This document shows positions 49,824 through 62,136 of a DNA stretch of 64,000 nt, piece by piece. The stretch lies in the NCBI RefSeq assembly GCF_963506605.1, contig NC_083288.1, positions 28,396,001 to 28,460,000 of the forward strand, in the 5' to 3' direction. The translations under genes and the position numbers were made by a program. Every line of letters starts with the position of its first letter. Position 1 is the first letter of the stretch. Below the pieces are notes generated by a model. The model was not told the DNA's origin, did not search any database, and saw only the letters and a list, made by a program, of their open reading frames with translations. Source of the stretch: Zootoca vivipara (taxonomy: Eukaryota).

Positions 49824-50231
49824 ATATTTGGAGCACCTTTCCTACACTGAAAGGATAAGCTTTGTTTTGCTGACAAATATAAATATGGGGAGGTTGATAG
49901 AAATTTAGAAAACTACAGGTTACATCCAATGCTAGTCCTACTCAGAGTAGATTTATTGATGCTGATGTACATGACTAACTATGATTCATCCATTTCAGTT
50001 ACTTTACTGTGTGCATAACTTTGTTAGACTTTGTTAGACACAACCTATGGATGAGTGTGGACAGAGTAAGTATGGATACATTCAACTTCCTGTAATACAT
50101 AATGAACTTAGAGTAGTCACTGCCACTGAACATGAGTCTGGGAACCACTTTTACATTAGATGGCTTTAAAGTGAGGTGGTTTAGTTCTAGTGATAGTCAA
50201 CAGCTATAGTATGTGTCATAAGCAATGATTC

Positions 50232-50753
50232 TTTTATTATTTATTTATTTTACTAGGTTTACATAACAAAAGCATAATTTCATTCCACGTATCTTTACAA
50301 TTTGTCTTTTTTACCCTTTCCCCCCAGTCCCCCCTCCCCCCCCCCCGATCGGGACTTCCTTCTTCATATCTTTAACCATGTACACAGTCTATTCATTCGT
50401 GCTTGTATATTCAGGTTGGCTTCTCCCCTTTCTACCCAATTCCTATAAAATGCCCACTTGTTTGTGATTTTTTTTTTGCATTTATTTTTCCATCTATCCT
50501 CTGTGCAAATATTTCTAATTGTACATATTCAAAAACATAATTGTTCCATTTTTCCATATTCCATTTAGCTTTTTCTTTCCATCCTAGAGCAATAACTGCC
50601 ATTTCAGCTAAAATCATGATCTTATACAACTCTTGATTGTTACTTTTTACTTCATTATTTCCCAATATTACCAAAAATAGCAAGTCCCTATTAATTTTTA
50701 TGTTTATTTGGAATAGTCCAGAAATTACCCTTATGATCCTCTGCCAATATTCC
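50232..50753 (-). mobile_element. 5'-truncated L1-clade LINE
   Basis: ORF2 C-terminal-like peptide LFLVILG..IMILAEMAVIALGWK..W on the minus strand; A-rich tail; 16-bp TSD tcataagcaatgattc (50216-50231, 50754-50769). Confidence 0.85.
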
Positions 50754-51192
50754 TCATAAGCAATGATTCATTAGTGTTTACTTCTGAATAATGAATGCTA
50801 AAGACAGACAATGAGAGTGTGAATTGGTACCTTCGTGATCTGCTGACTGGATCCCCAGTAGTACTGTTAAAATACTTTTATATTCAAAGTGTTGTCACTG
50901 ATTGTCTTTCTCCATGCAGACATGTTCTAACAAATGATTTTGAAGTTCATAATTAAACAAAAACAAAAACATTTAGGTTTGTTTCTAACTACGGCTACTA
51001 TCCTAACTCCACTTTGCAAGCCCACTGAATTCAATAGGACTTGCTTCTGAGAAGGTATGATTGGGATGGAACTGTAAGCAATATTCACAGTAAGCTAAAT
51101 GAAATCAATGGAGTGAATTTAGTCATGTTTACTGTTGTCAATGCATCTATTTTGAATGTGACTTATCAGTGAGGTACAATCTTTGGTGATAC

Positions 51193-51331
51193 CAGGACTT
51201 TATTTTCAGCCAGAACTCACCAGAACTCAGTTCTGGCACCTCTCAAGTGGGCACCATTGCCATTCTAAAAGAATGAGAGAGGTGTTCATGGCAAGTCCCA
51301 GAACCCCTTTTTCCAGAAAAAAATACCACTG
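51193..51331. mobile_element. hAT MITE
   Basis: cagg...cactg with perfect 8-bp TSD ggtgatac. Confidence 0.8.
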
Positions 51332-51364
51332 GGTGATACTGCCTAAGGAGGTGGTTGTATAAAA

Positions 51365-51762
51365 CAGGGATGTCCAACTTCCCATGGGGGGGGGGAGTTC
51401 AGAGTTGTCAAGCTTTATTTAGGGGACAGGTCAAAGTTGTCGAGCTTTTCTTAGGGGGGTAGGTCAAAGTTGTTGTCAAGCTTTTTAGAGGGGGGTTCCC
51501 AAATTTCTGGAGCTTTTTAAAAAAACATTAAGGGTGCAGAAATCGCTCACCAACAACTCAACTGCTAACAAACGAACACAACACTACAGCAGACAACAAA
51601 GGAATGCCCACTAAACGCAACACAGGGAAAGAATGAGAGGGGAGGGGGTGGAGACATGATTCAAAACAACGCAAGTGATAAGGACCCTGTGAGCGATCGC
51701 GATTGGCCATGGTCATCCCAGGATCGACCTGTCGATCGTGGTCAACCGGTTGGATAACCCTG
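51365..51762. mobile_element. hAT MITE
   Basis: cagggatgtccaac ... gttggataaccctg with perfect 8-bp TSD gtataaaa. Confidence 0.85.
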
Positions 51763-53836
51763 GTATAAAACTAATTAATTAAATAAAAATAGGTAGATAG
51801 CTACAACTTCCCAGCACAATTCCCTCCATTCTTTCCATCCATCCATTGTAGCGTTCTCTTTGTTTCTTTTTAAATCATTATGCTTTGTGTTTCCAGCAGG
51901 ATCCCCCCCCCCAGTTAGATCACTGGAATCTCATAATGAGGCATTTAGAATGAATGGTTGGCCAAATAGTGCAGCCTCTACATGGTTAGACTATAATGGG
52001 AGGATTTCTCCAACCAATCCTTCAAAATTACTTCGTGAACATGTAGACATATCTGAAAGTAAAATGGAAAATAAACTTGGCAAAAGTGATTGCAAGTTGT
52101 GGACATTATCAGCATGTATTTTAGAATTTAAACCATACCAATGTATTTTAGAATTTAAACCATACCAATGAGTTTCATGTTGTCATGTTTCCAGTATAAG
52201 TGTTTTTCTAGTACAATAAACCATAACAGTGCACATTTATCTACTGTATATCCATAGGCATACAAGACTTTACTTCCTTCTTTTCTTAATAAGATTTTAT
52301 TAAAACTTTTTCATAATACAATTAGATAAAATTAATCTGAATAAAAACAACAACCCTAAAATAGGTATATGATATGTCTATTTTAAAGGAGGGATGGCTG
52401 AGAGAGAGATTGAGAACCCAAATCTTTCAACATGAATTAAAAATATACTGTGGTACGTGTTCCTGCTTAACACTGTGCACTAGTTGGCACTGAGAAAACC
52501 TGAAATCTTTCTGTTTCGGATCTTCTTTCTGCCTGAAAAAGAGGATTATGAATATCAGAGGCTCGTACTGTTGCCTTTGTTTGCTACAAATACAACTTTT
52601 TATTTTGCATATTGCAGCACAATATTATTAATAACCACTCCAAAGTAAACCTAATTGGGTTCAATGGAGTTATTCCCAATTTAGCGTTTATAGGATTGAA
52701 TCATATGTCCATTTCCCTGGATGTAAACCCCTTTGAATTCAATGACACTTCTGAGCAAACTTGCATATAATTGTGCTGTTAGAACTATTTCCCTGAAATG
52801 ATTATCACAACCTTCTTTAGATTTCCTGGGGCATTTGGCTCACCATTGCTTCAAACATAATATTGAGTGGAAGAGATAATCTTTTAGTATGATGCAGGAA
52901 GACACAATTGCATTCTTACTTTGTAATCATGGAATGTTGTCTGGTAAGTTTTCTGGGGAACCAACAATTTGGGTTAATGGCAATTGTAGTTCCACAACAT
53001 CAGAAGGTAATGACATTGGCTATCCCTTATATTCAATGAAGAAGGAATAAAACAGGAAGAGTGCATAGCTCAGGGGTACAGAACTGTCTCTTCAGGAGAT
53101 GCCCCATTATTTTTAATCCCTTTCCATTCTGGGAAGTTAAAATGACCAGGTAGCATATGATAGGAATCATCTCTCCCTGAGGCTCTGGAAGCCATTGCCA
53201 GTTAAAATAGGCACTGTAGCTTCTTCTGATATGTGTTCATGAATCCTCTTTTAAATAATCCCCTTCTTTTTCAAGAAAGAAGATAACATCTGTGTAACTG
53301 TTTTGATGTGCAAATCTGTAGGTGAAAACAACATTTATTAGATATATCTCTTTTCTTGGAATGCAGTTTTCAAAAAGATGCATGGGTCATTAATTCTCAG
53401 ATGGGTAATTCCCACATGACATGGAAAAATGTTTGAATAAACAGAGTAGACCCATTGCAATTAATGATGTTAGGTTAGTCATATCCATAGGAGTAGCATT
53501 AAATATAGCCTTCCAAGCATGGGGAAATACCTGCACATGTATTCTTGCAAAAATTAACCATGATCTCGAGTTGACAATCATGTTTATCATGGATGTCCCT
53601 ATGTTACATTAGTGTTTTTCGCATCAGCTACATGAAGTGTAGACTTAGGAATGTAGATAGAGAAGTCTGAAGGGACACAATTTGGTTCTGCATCCCTGTT
53701 CATCACATTCCTCACATTTCTGACATTCCTAATAACAGATGTAAATAAAGTTTCTTAAATATAGCACATTAATCTTTCCCCTTTTTGTTCCCTTTGTCAC
53801 TCCTCCACAACTTTGCTAACCAGAGAGAATGTCGAC

Positions 53837-54808
53837 ATGGAATCTTCCAACAGGAGTGTGGTAAAGGCGTTTGTCATCTTGGGGTTCCCAGCTTCTCCAC
53901 AGATTTCCATGCTGTTCTTCACCCTAGCCTTGGCCACCTATGTTCTCACTGTTACTGCCAACATCATCATCATCTCAGTCATTAAGGCAAACCCAAAACT
54001 GCAGCGACCCATGTACTACTTCCTTGGCAACTTCTCCTTCATGGAGATCTGGTATACCACCTCCACTGTGCCAAAGATGCTGGAAAGCTTCCTGGCTGGT
54101 GGGAGTACAATCACTGTGGCAGGTTGCATTGCCCAGCTCTACCTTTTCTTTGCCTTGGGCTCCACTGAATGCTTCCTCCTGGCTACTATGGCTTATGACC
54201 GCTACTTGGCCATCTGCCGTCCTCTTCATTATCCGACTCTTATGACTTTGCAAGTAACTACATGGCTGGTGACAGCAGCCTGGGTGGGTGGATTTCTGGC
54301 TCCTTTGCTCCCCATTGTCCTCATCTCCCAGCTCTCATTCTGTGAGCCTAAGGAGATTCACCATTTCTTTTGTGATGCTGGGCCCCTGTTGAGGCGGTCA
54401 TGTGGCAATGCCTTTGTCAGCTCTACCCTAGTCACAGTTCTTGCTTCCTTTGTCATCCTCAGCACCTGCTTGCTCACCATGGTATCCTATATCTTTATAA
54501 TCTCAACCATACTTAGGATCCCCTCAGCCAGTGGGAGACAAAAGGCCTTTTCCACTTGTGGCTCACACCTTACTGTGGTGGTGATTTACTATGCCACAGT
54601 TATCTTCATATATGCAAGACCCATTTCCCCTTCTCCTTCTAAGCTAGATACAGTGGCATCAGTTTTTTATGCAGTAGTCACCCCACTGCTCAATCCAATG
54701 ATTTATAGCTTAAGGAATAAGGAGGTAAAGGATGCTTTGAAGAAGTTGATGAGTAAAAACCGGGTCTTTGTTAAAAATATTGGAGCTATGATCATGGTTT
54801 GCTGGTAG
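53837..54808 (+). CDS. Olfactory receptor, family 11/6-like (323 aa from MESSNRS)
   Basis: Intact ORF: [61 protein letters not shown]. Confidence 0.93.
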   Translation: MESSNRSVVKAFVILGFPASPQISMLFFTLALATYVLTVTANIIIISVIKANPKLQRPMYYFLGNFSFMEIWYTTSTVPKMLESFLAGGSTITVAGCIAQLYLFFALGSTECFLLATMAYDRYLAICRPLHYPTLMTLQVTTWLVTAAWVGGFLAPLLPIVLISQLSFCEPKEIHHFFCDAGPLLRRSCGNAFVSSTLVTVLASFVILSTCLLTMVSYIFIISTILRIPSASGRQKAFSTCGSHLTVVVIYYATVIFIYARPISPSPSKLDTVASVFYAVVTPLLNPMIYSLRNKEVKDALKKLMSKNRVFVKNIGAMIMVCW

Positions 54809-54965
54809 AAAAGAAAATATATAGACAAAATGCTCATTAGCTCTGATGTGCCAAACAGTGGTGGAGCAAGCTGATTGGGCGTCTGGGGCGGCGTGCATGC
54901 CCTGTGCCCAGGAGTGGGGCCAGCCAAAATCCTGGTGCCAAAATCTCTCTCTCTCCTTTATTCTC

Positions 54966-55250
54966 TTTTTTTAAAAATAAACATTTTTATTAGATTTTCC
55001 AATTTAAACATCTAATCCATTTTCAAATTATACAAATTATACAAATATCAATTAAACAATTAATCCAAATCTTCTGCCGAATTATACAAATTTAAATTTG
55101 ACTTCCCATACTTCAGACTCAGAAAGCCTAGTTCTCTTATATTCAGTGCTTTCTAATCAATCAAGTCCAGATCTTATCCAATAGTCTATTAAAATCCTTC
55201 CGTCTTTTTCAAGCCCCTGAGTTTTTTCGAGCAAGCGAGTTTAACCAAAC
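54966..55250 (-). mobile_element. Short non-LTR (L1-like) 3' fragment
   Basis: T-tract and tttatt at the left end; TSD ctctcctttattctc at 54951-54965, repeated from 55252. Confidence 0.6.
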
Positions 55251-56933
55251 CCTCTCCTTTATTCTCAAACCCTCTCCTTTATTCTCAAACCCTCTCCTTT
55301 ATTCTCTTATTCTCCCTTCATTCCCTAAAAGGCTTAAAATCATTCACTTGCTCCAACCACAGGAAGTGTAATTGCGTGGTGAAAATTACCAGACAATTTT
55401 TTATCATCCAACTATTTGCAGTTGGATGAATCTGTCAAATTTTGATTTCTCTCAGTTTCTCCTTTTTCCAGTCATAATCCAATTCACCAAATTTCTGCCC
55501 CCATTTGTCTTTTATTTTTAAATTCTCATGAAAATTCTTACACGTTTTTGCACACTTTTCTCTGCATATGCAAATTTTTGTACAAAGTTTTGCCTAGCTT
55601 TTTTGCAAGCAGTTTTCATTTCACAGAACACAATTTTATTTGCTATTTTCACTTTTGTACACTTCTTTTGCCTGAATGTTTGTACATGTTCTCAGCTGCA
55701 GCACAAACTTTGGAGAAGTGCAACTTTCAAAGAACATCTATTTCTTGGTTCATGTATTGATTTTGGAAGTGCAAATTTGGTAATGGAAATTAATTTCTCT
55801 CCCACATCAGCTCAGAAATCCTAGGATTCCTTATGGGAAGACTTGACAGAGTGATATAAACCCTATATATACCTATAATGTAACTAAACCTTTCTTCATA
55901 CACACCTTTTCTTGATTGTCACCCATATTTAAATATGTGCCTAATTGCTGTGTGTAATGCAATTTATTTTAATCATTGACATATTTTTTGTGTAATAAGT
56001 AAAGTTCTTTGCTTATGTATAATTCTTAATTTAAAAGGAAGTATATATTTATTTAAAGGTGTTACAATATCTTGGTGGAGTTTACTTTCCCCACACTAAG
56101 TGTTAAATAAAGTTTTTACAAAGTGTTTGGTGTACAACAAAATTGAATCAAGAATAATTGTCTCCTTCCTAGGATTTCTTGCAAGCTTAGAATGTGTTTT
56201 CAGCACCAGGTTCATTGAGCATTAGAGGAATCCATAGCTAGAGATACATGAGTCTTCTGAAAGACACATAGGGTTACAGAGCATTCGAACCTAGTGCATT
56301 TTTACAAAATTGCATTGTTATACTTTCAGCACTTTGAGTTTTTAAGACTAAACACATAGCTCAATGATTTTATGGGATTCAAATGTGAGCTGATGTCAAT
56401 TTAAGTCCATTGTAAGTTGTCCACATTCCTGAGACTTTTATCCCATACCAGGATGCATTATGAATGCTTCTTTGCAATCTAATTCCAGTGTAAAGCTGTT
56501 CTGAACATAAGAGGAGCCATGCTACATTAGAGCAAAGGTCAATCTACTGCAGAATCTTGTTCCTACAGTAGTTGACCCATAGGAAACCTGCAGTTGTTTG
56601 TTTTTAATGCTTGATATCCACTGTGTATAAACTACAATAGCTAGTGGCAATTCAAAGGACTTCTTCTCTACATAAAAAGTTTAGCTACATAAAAATGGGT
56701 TCTATTTGCCGGGAATCATGAGCAATAAAGTACTGCCGCACTCATGCCATGGTGCTCTCCAGATGTTGTGGTCTACAACTTTCCACCAAACTTTTGATGC
56801 AATGTGGTGCAAAAAAAAAATGATATAACATTGGCTTTCCCTGCCATAGGCATTTGGTTAGCCACTGTGAGAACAGATGATTGGGCTTGATGACCTTTGG
56901 TCTGATCCCATTTGACTGTTATATCCTTTAGAA

Positions 56934-57062
56934 CAGTGGTGACCAAACTTGGCCCTCCAGCTGTTTTGGGACTACAACTCCCATCATCCTTATTGTAGTC
57001 CCAAAACAGCTGGAGGGCCAAGTTCTGCCCAATCATCTGTTCTCACAGTGGCTAACCAACTG
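56934..57062. mobile_element. Palindromic hAT MITE with rearranged right end
   Basis: cagtggtgaccaaacttggccctccagctg...cagctggagggccaagtt; ctttagaa on both flanks. Confidence 0.75.
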
Positions 57063-57722
57063 CTTTAGAAAGTGTGTTAACATATAAGTGCCAATGTATT
57101 TTTAATCTTTACATAGCTCTGGATTAAAATTAATTTTCAAGCATTCCATCCATGTTCTGACAGAATCTAGATTACAGAATGAGTTGGTTCCAGATTTAAC
57201 CATGCTTAGAGTAGAAACATTGAAATCAATGTGACTTAGGTTGGTGATAACTTAAGTCACATTGATTTCAATACAACTATCATATCAATTGATCAAGTAT
57301 TCACGAAGTAAATATTTGCCATAATTTGGAATTTAGATATGTGTGTTAAATAGGCATATATACAATGGTAATAAAAGTTACAACATAAGTTGAGCTTGAA
57401 TGAATAATTTATACCAGGGATAGCCAATGCAGTGTCCTTCACATATTGTCCAAAGAACAATAGTCCCAGTTGTTAACGTAGCAGGGAAGATGTGAGTTGT
57501 AGTCTAGCAACATTTGGAAGAAATTGTGTTGCCTACTCTGGTTCAGAGAGACAAAATTCAAAGAAAATCCAATCCTATGATCTGTTTTTTATTTCAATAT
57601 CCATCACATTTTATTTCTCATTATTTATACAGTCAATTAAAAGAAGAATTAAAACAAGAAGAACTTATTTCTGTGTTTGTATTTTTTTTACATATCTAGT
57701 CCTACTTAGATAATTTGGTTTT

Positions 57723-58670
57723 CTAAGTTCTAAGGGACAAAATGCATGTCTGGCCCAGTTTTTCCAAAGCTGCCTTAACCTCCTTGTTCCTTAAACTGTA
57801 TATGAGGGGATTGATCATTGGTGTAAGGATCGTGTAGAAAGTAGAGAGCACTTTGGTTAAGCCTCTCAGTTTGGGGTCATCTGGGAGGACATAAACAATC
57901 ATTAAGGACCCGTAGAAAATGGTGACTACAATAAGATGAGAGGAGCAAGTGGAAAATGCCTTTTGCCTCCCAGAAGTGGTGGAGATCCTCAAAATGGCTG
58001 AGATTATGCAAATGTAAGATGTTATGGTCAACATAAATAAAGGGAAAGTGAAAAAGAAAGATAACATAAGGGCTATCACCATAATCAATGAAGTGTCAGT
58101 GCAGGCCAACTTACTGAGAGGTATAAAATCACAAAAGAAATGGTCAATTCCACTGAAACCACAGTAAGTTAATTGTGTCATCCATATGACTACTACAGAG
58201 ACAGAGAAACAACCACTTATCCAGGATGCTGCTGCTAAAGACATGCAGACCTTGCTGTTCATATGGAATGAATATTGCAGTGGTTTGCAAATTGCTAAAT
58301 ACCGATCATATGACATCACAGATAAGAGACATGTCTCTGCAGTCACCAGAAAACCAAATAAATATAATTGTATAAAGCAGCCAGAAAAGGAAATGGTTCT
58401 ATTCTCTGTTAGGAAACTGACTAGCATTCTGGGCAGAATAGTTGAGGAATAGCAAATCTCCAAACAGGACAAGTTCCCCAGGAAGAAATACATGGGTGTA
58501 TGAAGATGTCTATCATTCACAACTAACACAACAATGAGAAGGTTCCCCATTAAGGTTATAATGTAGATGCTCAGAAATATCAAGAAGAACAGAATCTGTA
58601 GTTCAGGATGATGTCCAAATCCCAGGAGGGTGAATTCTGTGATGGCAGTTTGATTTATCAAGGTGGCTAC
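57723..58670 (-). CDS. Olfactory receptor, OR11A1-like; main coding exon (no ATG at the usual N-terminal position)
   Basis: Intact 7TM frame [48 protein letters not shown]. The frame begins right after acceptor tttctcttag|GTA GCC ACC TTG ATA AAT. Confidence 0.92.
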   Translation of the reverse strand, partial: VATLINQTAITEFTLLGFGHHPELQILFFLIFLSIYIITLMGNLLIVVLVVNDRHLHTPMYFFLGNLSCLEICYSSTILPRMLVSFLTENRTISFSGCFIQLYLFGFLVTAETCLLSVMSYDRYLAICKPLQYSFHMNSKVCMSLAAASWISGCFSVSVVVIWMTQLTYCGFSGIDHFFCDFIPLSKLACTDTSLIMVIALMLSFFFTFPLFMLTITSYICIISAILRISTTSGRQKAFSTCSSHLIVVTIFYGSLMIVYVLPDDPKLRGLTKVLSTFYTILTPMINPLIYSLRNKEVKAALEKLGQTCILSLRT

Positions 58671-59926
58671 CTAAGAGAAAAATAGCAATGGAAATACCAT
58701 CATGGCAGCTATGGTATTCCTAACAGGAAAATGTGATAATGACACACACTTGGTAAACAAATTAACAATCTGCTTAACCTTTATATTGTTCAGAGCTCTT
58801 CACACATTTTATTTCAGTATGAATTGATAAGATAAATGGACCTAGGCAAAATGGTAGCTATCGTTTGGCATGCATGAATCAAGGCACTTTCTGAATGTCC
58901 GTACACCAGATTTCCTCTTTTTTTGGTCTTCAAAATAGGGCAACCCTACATAAAAATCTACACCTTTATGTAAAAATTCCAAGGGTGGCAAAACACGAGG
59001 TGGTCCAAGCTGAGTTGTATTTCAAAAAATGCTTCCATTTGCTTAATAGCAACTAGGTAGTGTGCAGTTCCCTTGTTACAATGCACATTGAATTTAGTTC
59101 ATCTTTCCCCACCCATTCCATAAATCTTTGCTTTAAATTCAAATACCAGAATAAAGTGGATTGAGGCACATTTGTACATTCCTACTAATCACATGCCATT
59201 ATTCTTGTGTAATTTTATGTATTTTATGAACGTTTCACATGCTTTGATATAGTTTATTCTTAGAGTCTTAGGAGTAATTGAACATAAAATACATAAAATG
59301 TACATATGAGGCATAAAAATTCAATGCGAGAGGGATAACACAGTACTCATTGCTCCCCATAGGACTTGCTGCACTGATTTCAAAGTCTGCAGAGGCAGGA
59401 GCCCTGTGAGTGACCAACTGCGCGTATGCAGATGAAATTACAGTTTTTAAAGAAGACAGTCAACCTTTAGGCCAGCTCATGTGCAAATGCATAAGAAAGT
59501 TTGAATCCAACCGAGAAATGCATATGTCTGGGCATGTTTTTCAGTGCGATGCACTTTGGAGTTAAAATTGCATAGTGTTATCTAGGTATGGAACACTGCA
59601 TTGCAGCAGGACATTGGACTCAATTGTCTAGCCAACCACATACCCATGCTATAACAATCACTTGCCCATAGTTACTCATTTATATTTATGTCTCAAAATA
59701 AATTGAATTAAAACCATTAAAAATCCTGTGGAAAAAATAACTGAGTTTTTGGAGAAGATTGAGAAGATCTAATTGATAATCAGATGCATGTGCTACTAAG
59801 TGCAGTTCCTCTGCATAACTGTAAACAATGATCTAACAATTTGAAAAGGATTTGAGCGCTGGTATGAGATATGTATTCCAATGACTATAGCCTGGGATAT
59901 TGTGTCCTACGTTTCTGTATACTTAC

Positions 59927-59944
59927 CGCATTGACTGATACCAT
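59927..59944 (-). CDS. Putative coding exon 1 (MVSVNA) of the OR at 57723-58670
   Basis: Minus strand attATG GTA TCA GTC AAT GCG|GTAAGT; phase 0; -3 A and +4 G context. Confidence 0.65.
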
Positions 59945-60074
59945 AATCCACTATGTCTGTCAGCAACATGAGTGACTGAATGCTCTGAAATAAAGAGAAC
60001 TACATCTAACAACTTCATAGCTTAAGGGTTTTATTTTCTACAAGGTTGCACTTTCTGTCAAGAGATTATTATTA

Positions 60075-60185
60075 TTTTGTTCTCTTGGGCATTCCTTATG
60101 ATATGGCCTGGGGAATAAGCGGAACTCTTATTATCTGGCACTTTCCTACCATGATATGAGTGAGCATATGGCCCCATTAAATGAA
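60075..60185 (-). promoter_or_regulatory. Candidate OR promoter (O/E-like and homeodomain sites)
   Basis: ttctcttgggc and gcctggggaa (O/E-like) and ccccattaa (TAATGG) 130-240 bp upstream of the putative exon 1. Confidence 0.4.
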
Positions 60186-61366
60186 AGCAAGAGTTAGTGA
60201 AGACTAGGACCGAAGATCAGACACTTGCCCAATAATTTATCCTGTCACTATTGGATTTTCAACAGATGCTAGAGCAGAGAACTCTAAAAGACAGAAACTG
60301 TCTCTTTTGGATGAAACCTTGACATATATATAATTAAACAAGAAATGCCCTTCAGAATTTGGGACTGAATTAGTAAATCCCCCTCATCTTTGTCCCATAG
60401 CTAAAAATGATGATTAGAAAACCATTCTGTGCATTAGAAGCCAACTCAGGATAAAATACAAAATTCTAGGGAAACCAGACACACCAGTGAGAAAACCTTA
60501 TAATAACTGCCCGGAGTCAGGTTTACCTTCTGGTCTGATGTTGTCAATCGTCAAATTGTCAAGTTAAAGCCATTTCACCTGAGTAGTCATCTTTTCAATT
60601 GCACAACCAGCTCTTAAACAACAACAACAACGACCCTACCCCTGTGCCCTTTAATAGTCTATGAACAATCAAGTTTTCCCCAAAACAACCTACAAATATT
60701 TGAGTCCCAACAACTGGGGGCTCGGGGAGAGAAAGTCAGCTTACCCTTTATGGTGGGCAGTGTTGCAGGTGGGCATCGGGCCCTGCCCATGGGCAGCCCT
60801 GCTGTCCAATCAGCACTGGTGGGAGGCATGGCCACAGCAAACTTAAACTGTGACACGGCCAGAGGACTGTCCTCTCATGCCCTTCGCCAAATCATACAAA
60901 TGAAAAATCCCTCAGTAAAAATAGATTGAGCTGTACAAATCAAGAAGTGTACACTCTTCCACACAAACACTTGTACTTGGGTACCAACAGTTTGTAGTTG
61001 TGTGCATTGTAACACACCATCAGCTTAGTCTTTATTTAGATGGGATCTTCACAATCTTTTTCCATGCTGTCCTTGAATCTAGTATTATAAAAGTAAGTCT
61101 TCGGGGAAACCTCCAGCTGTTCTTGACCATATTATATGAATCATACCCCAAGTGTCATATCTATCGCAGATCCTGAGGTAGGGGCGGTGATCTTTTATGA
61201 TGTTTGGATGTCAGCTGCCAGTTTGAATCAAAATGGAGGCCCACTTTGGCATGACTTCAACAATTTTGAAGCAATGGTTTGGCCACCTCTCAACATAACA
61301 CTTCCAAACTCAGCATGAGGGTTTCCCAGGTGGGAGTGCTGGCCTTCATCAATGTTTGGATGTCAG

Positions 61367-62089
61367 CAGGGCCGTCTTAAGGGTATCAAGCGCCGTGGTG
61401 CAAAATCCCTCTGGCACACCCCCCCCGCTTGCTAGACGCCATTGGATCGGCAGCTAGCAAGCCTGCTGTTGCGAGGGGGCGTGGCGGGAACAGTGCACCG
61501 AAAGGGGCCCCTTCGAGCGATGCTCCCGCCCCCCCACGCCTGGGCGGGCTTGCTAGGCACCATTGGAACAGTTGCTAGCAAGCCTGCTGTTGTGAGGGGA
61601 CGTGGCGGGAACAGCGCTGCTCCCTCCCCCCCTTGCCTGGGCGGGCCTGCTAGGTGCCGTTGGAATGGCAACTAGCAAGCCTGCTGTTGCAACGGGACGT
61701 GGTGGGAACAGCGCTGCTCCCTCCCCCCCTCGCCTGGGCGTTGGAACGGCGACTAGCAAGCCTGCTGTTGCAACAGGACGTGGTGGGAACAGCGCACCAA
61801 AAGGGCTCCTTTCGGTGCTCTGTTCCGACCAAGCCCCCCTTGCAAGCCTGCTGTTGCGAGGGGGCGTGACGGGAACAGCGCACGGCAGAGGATACAGTCA
61901 ACCACCCCCCCCTGCAAGTGCGACGGAGGAGGGGCGGCGGCAGAGCTAGGCTGCTTCAGCAGCAGCGCCTTGCTCACTGCCTCGAACATGAGCAGCGCGC
62001 GGGGCTGCTGGGTGCCGCAGCCCAGCACCCCTGATGGGGAGGCGCCCTGGCGCACCGTGCCACTAAGCCAAATGGAAAGGACGGCCCTG
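61367..62089. mobile_element. GC-rich hAT-type non-autonomous element with internal minisatellite
   Basis: TIRs cagggccgtctt / aggacggccctg; perfect 8-bp TSD gatgtcag; ~5 copies of gcaagcctgctgttg..cgtgg.gggaacag. Confidence 0.9.
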
Positions 62090-62136
62090 GATGTCAGGTG
62101 CCATTTTGAATCAAGATTGTGCACCAAATATGACTT

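Noticed and set aside
61432-62127. Repetitive Ala/Gly/Pro-rich ORFs and a CRISPR-like repeat-spacer appearance
   Set aside because: Internal minisatellite of a TIR/TSD-bounded eukaryotic transposon; the spacers are themselves repeated and there are no cas genes.
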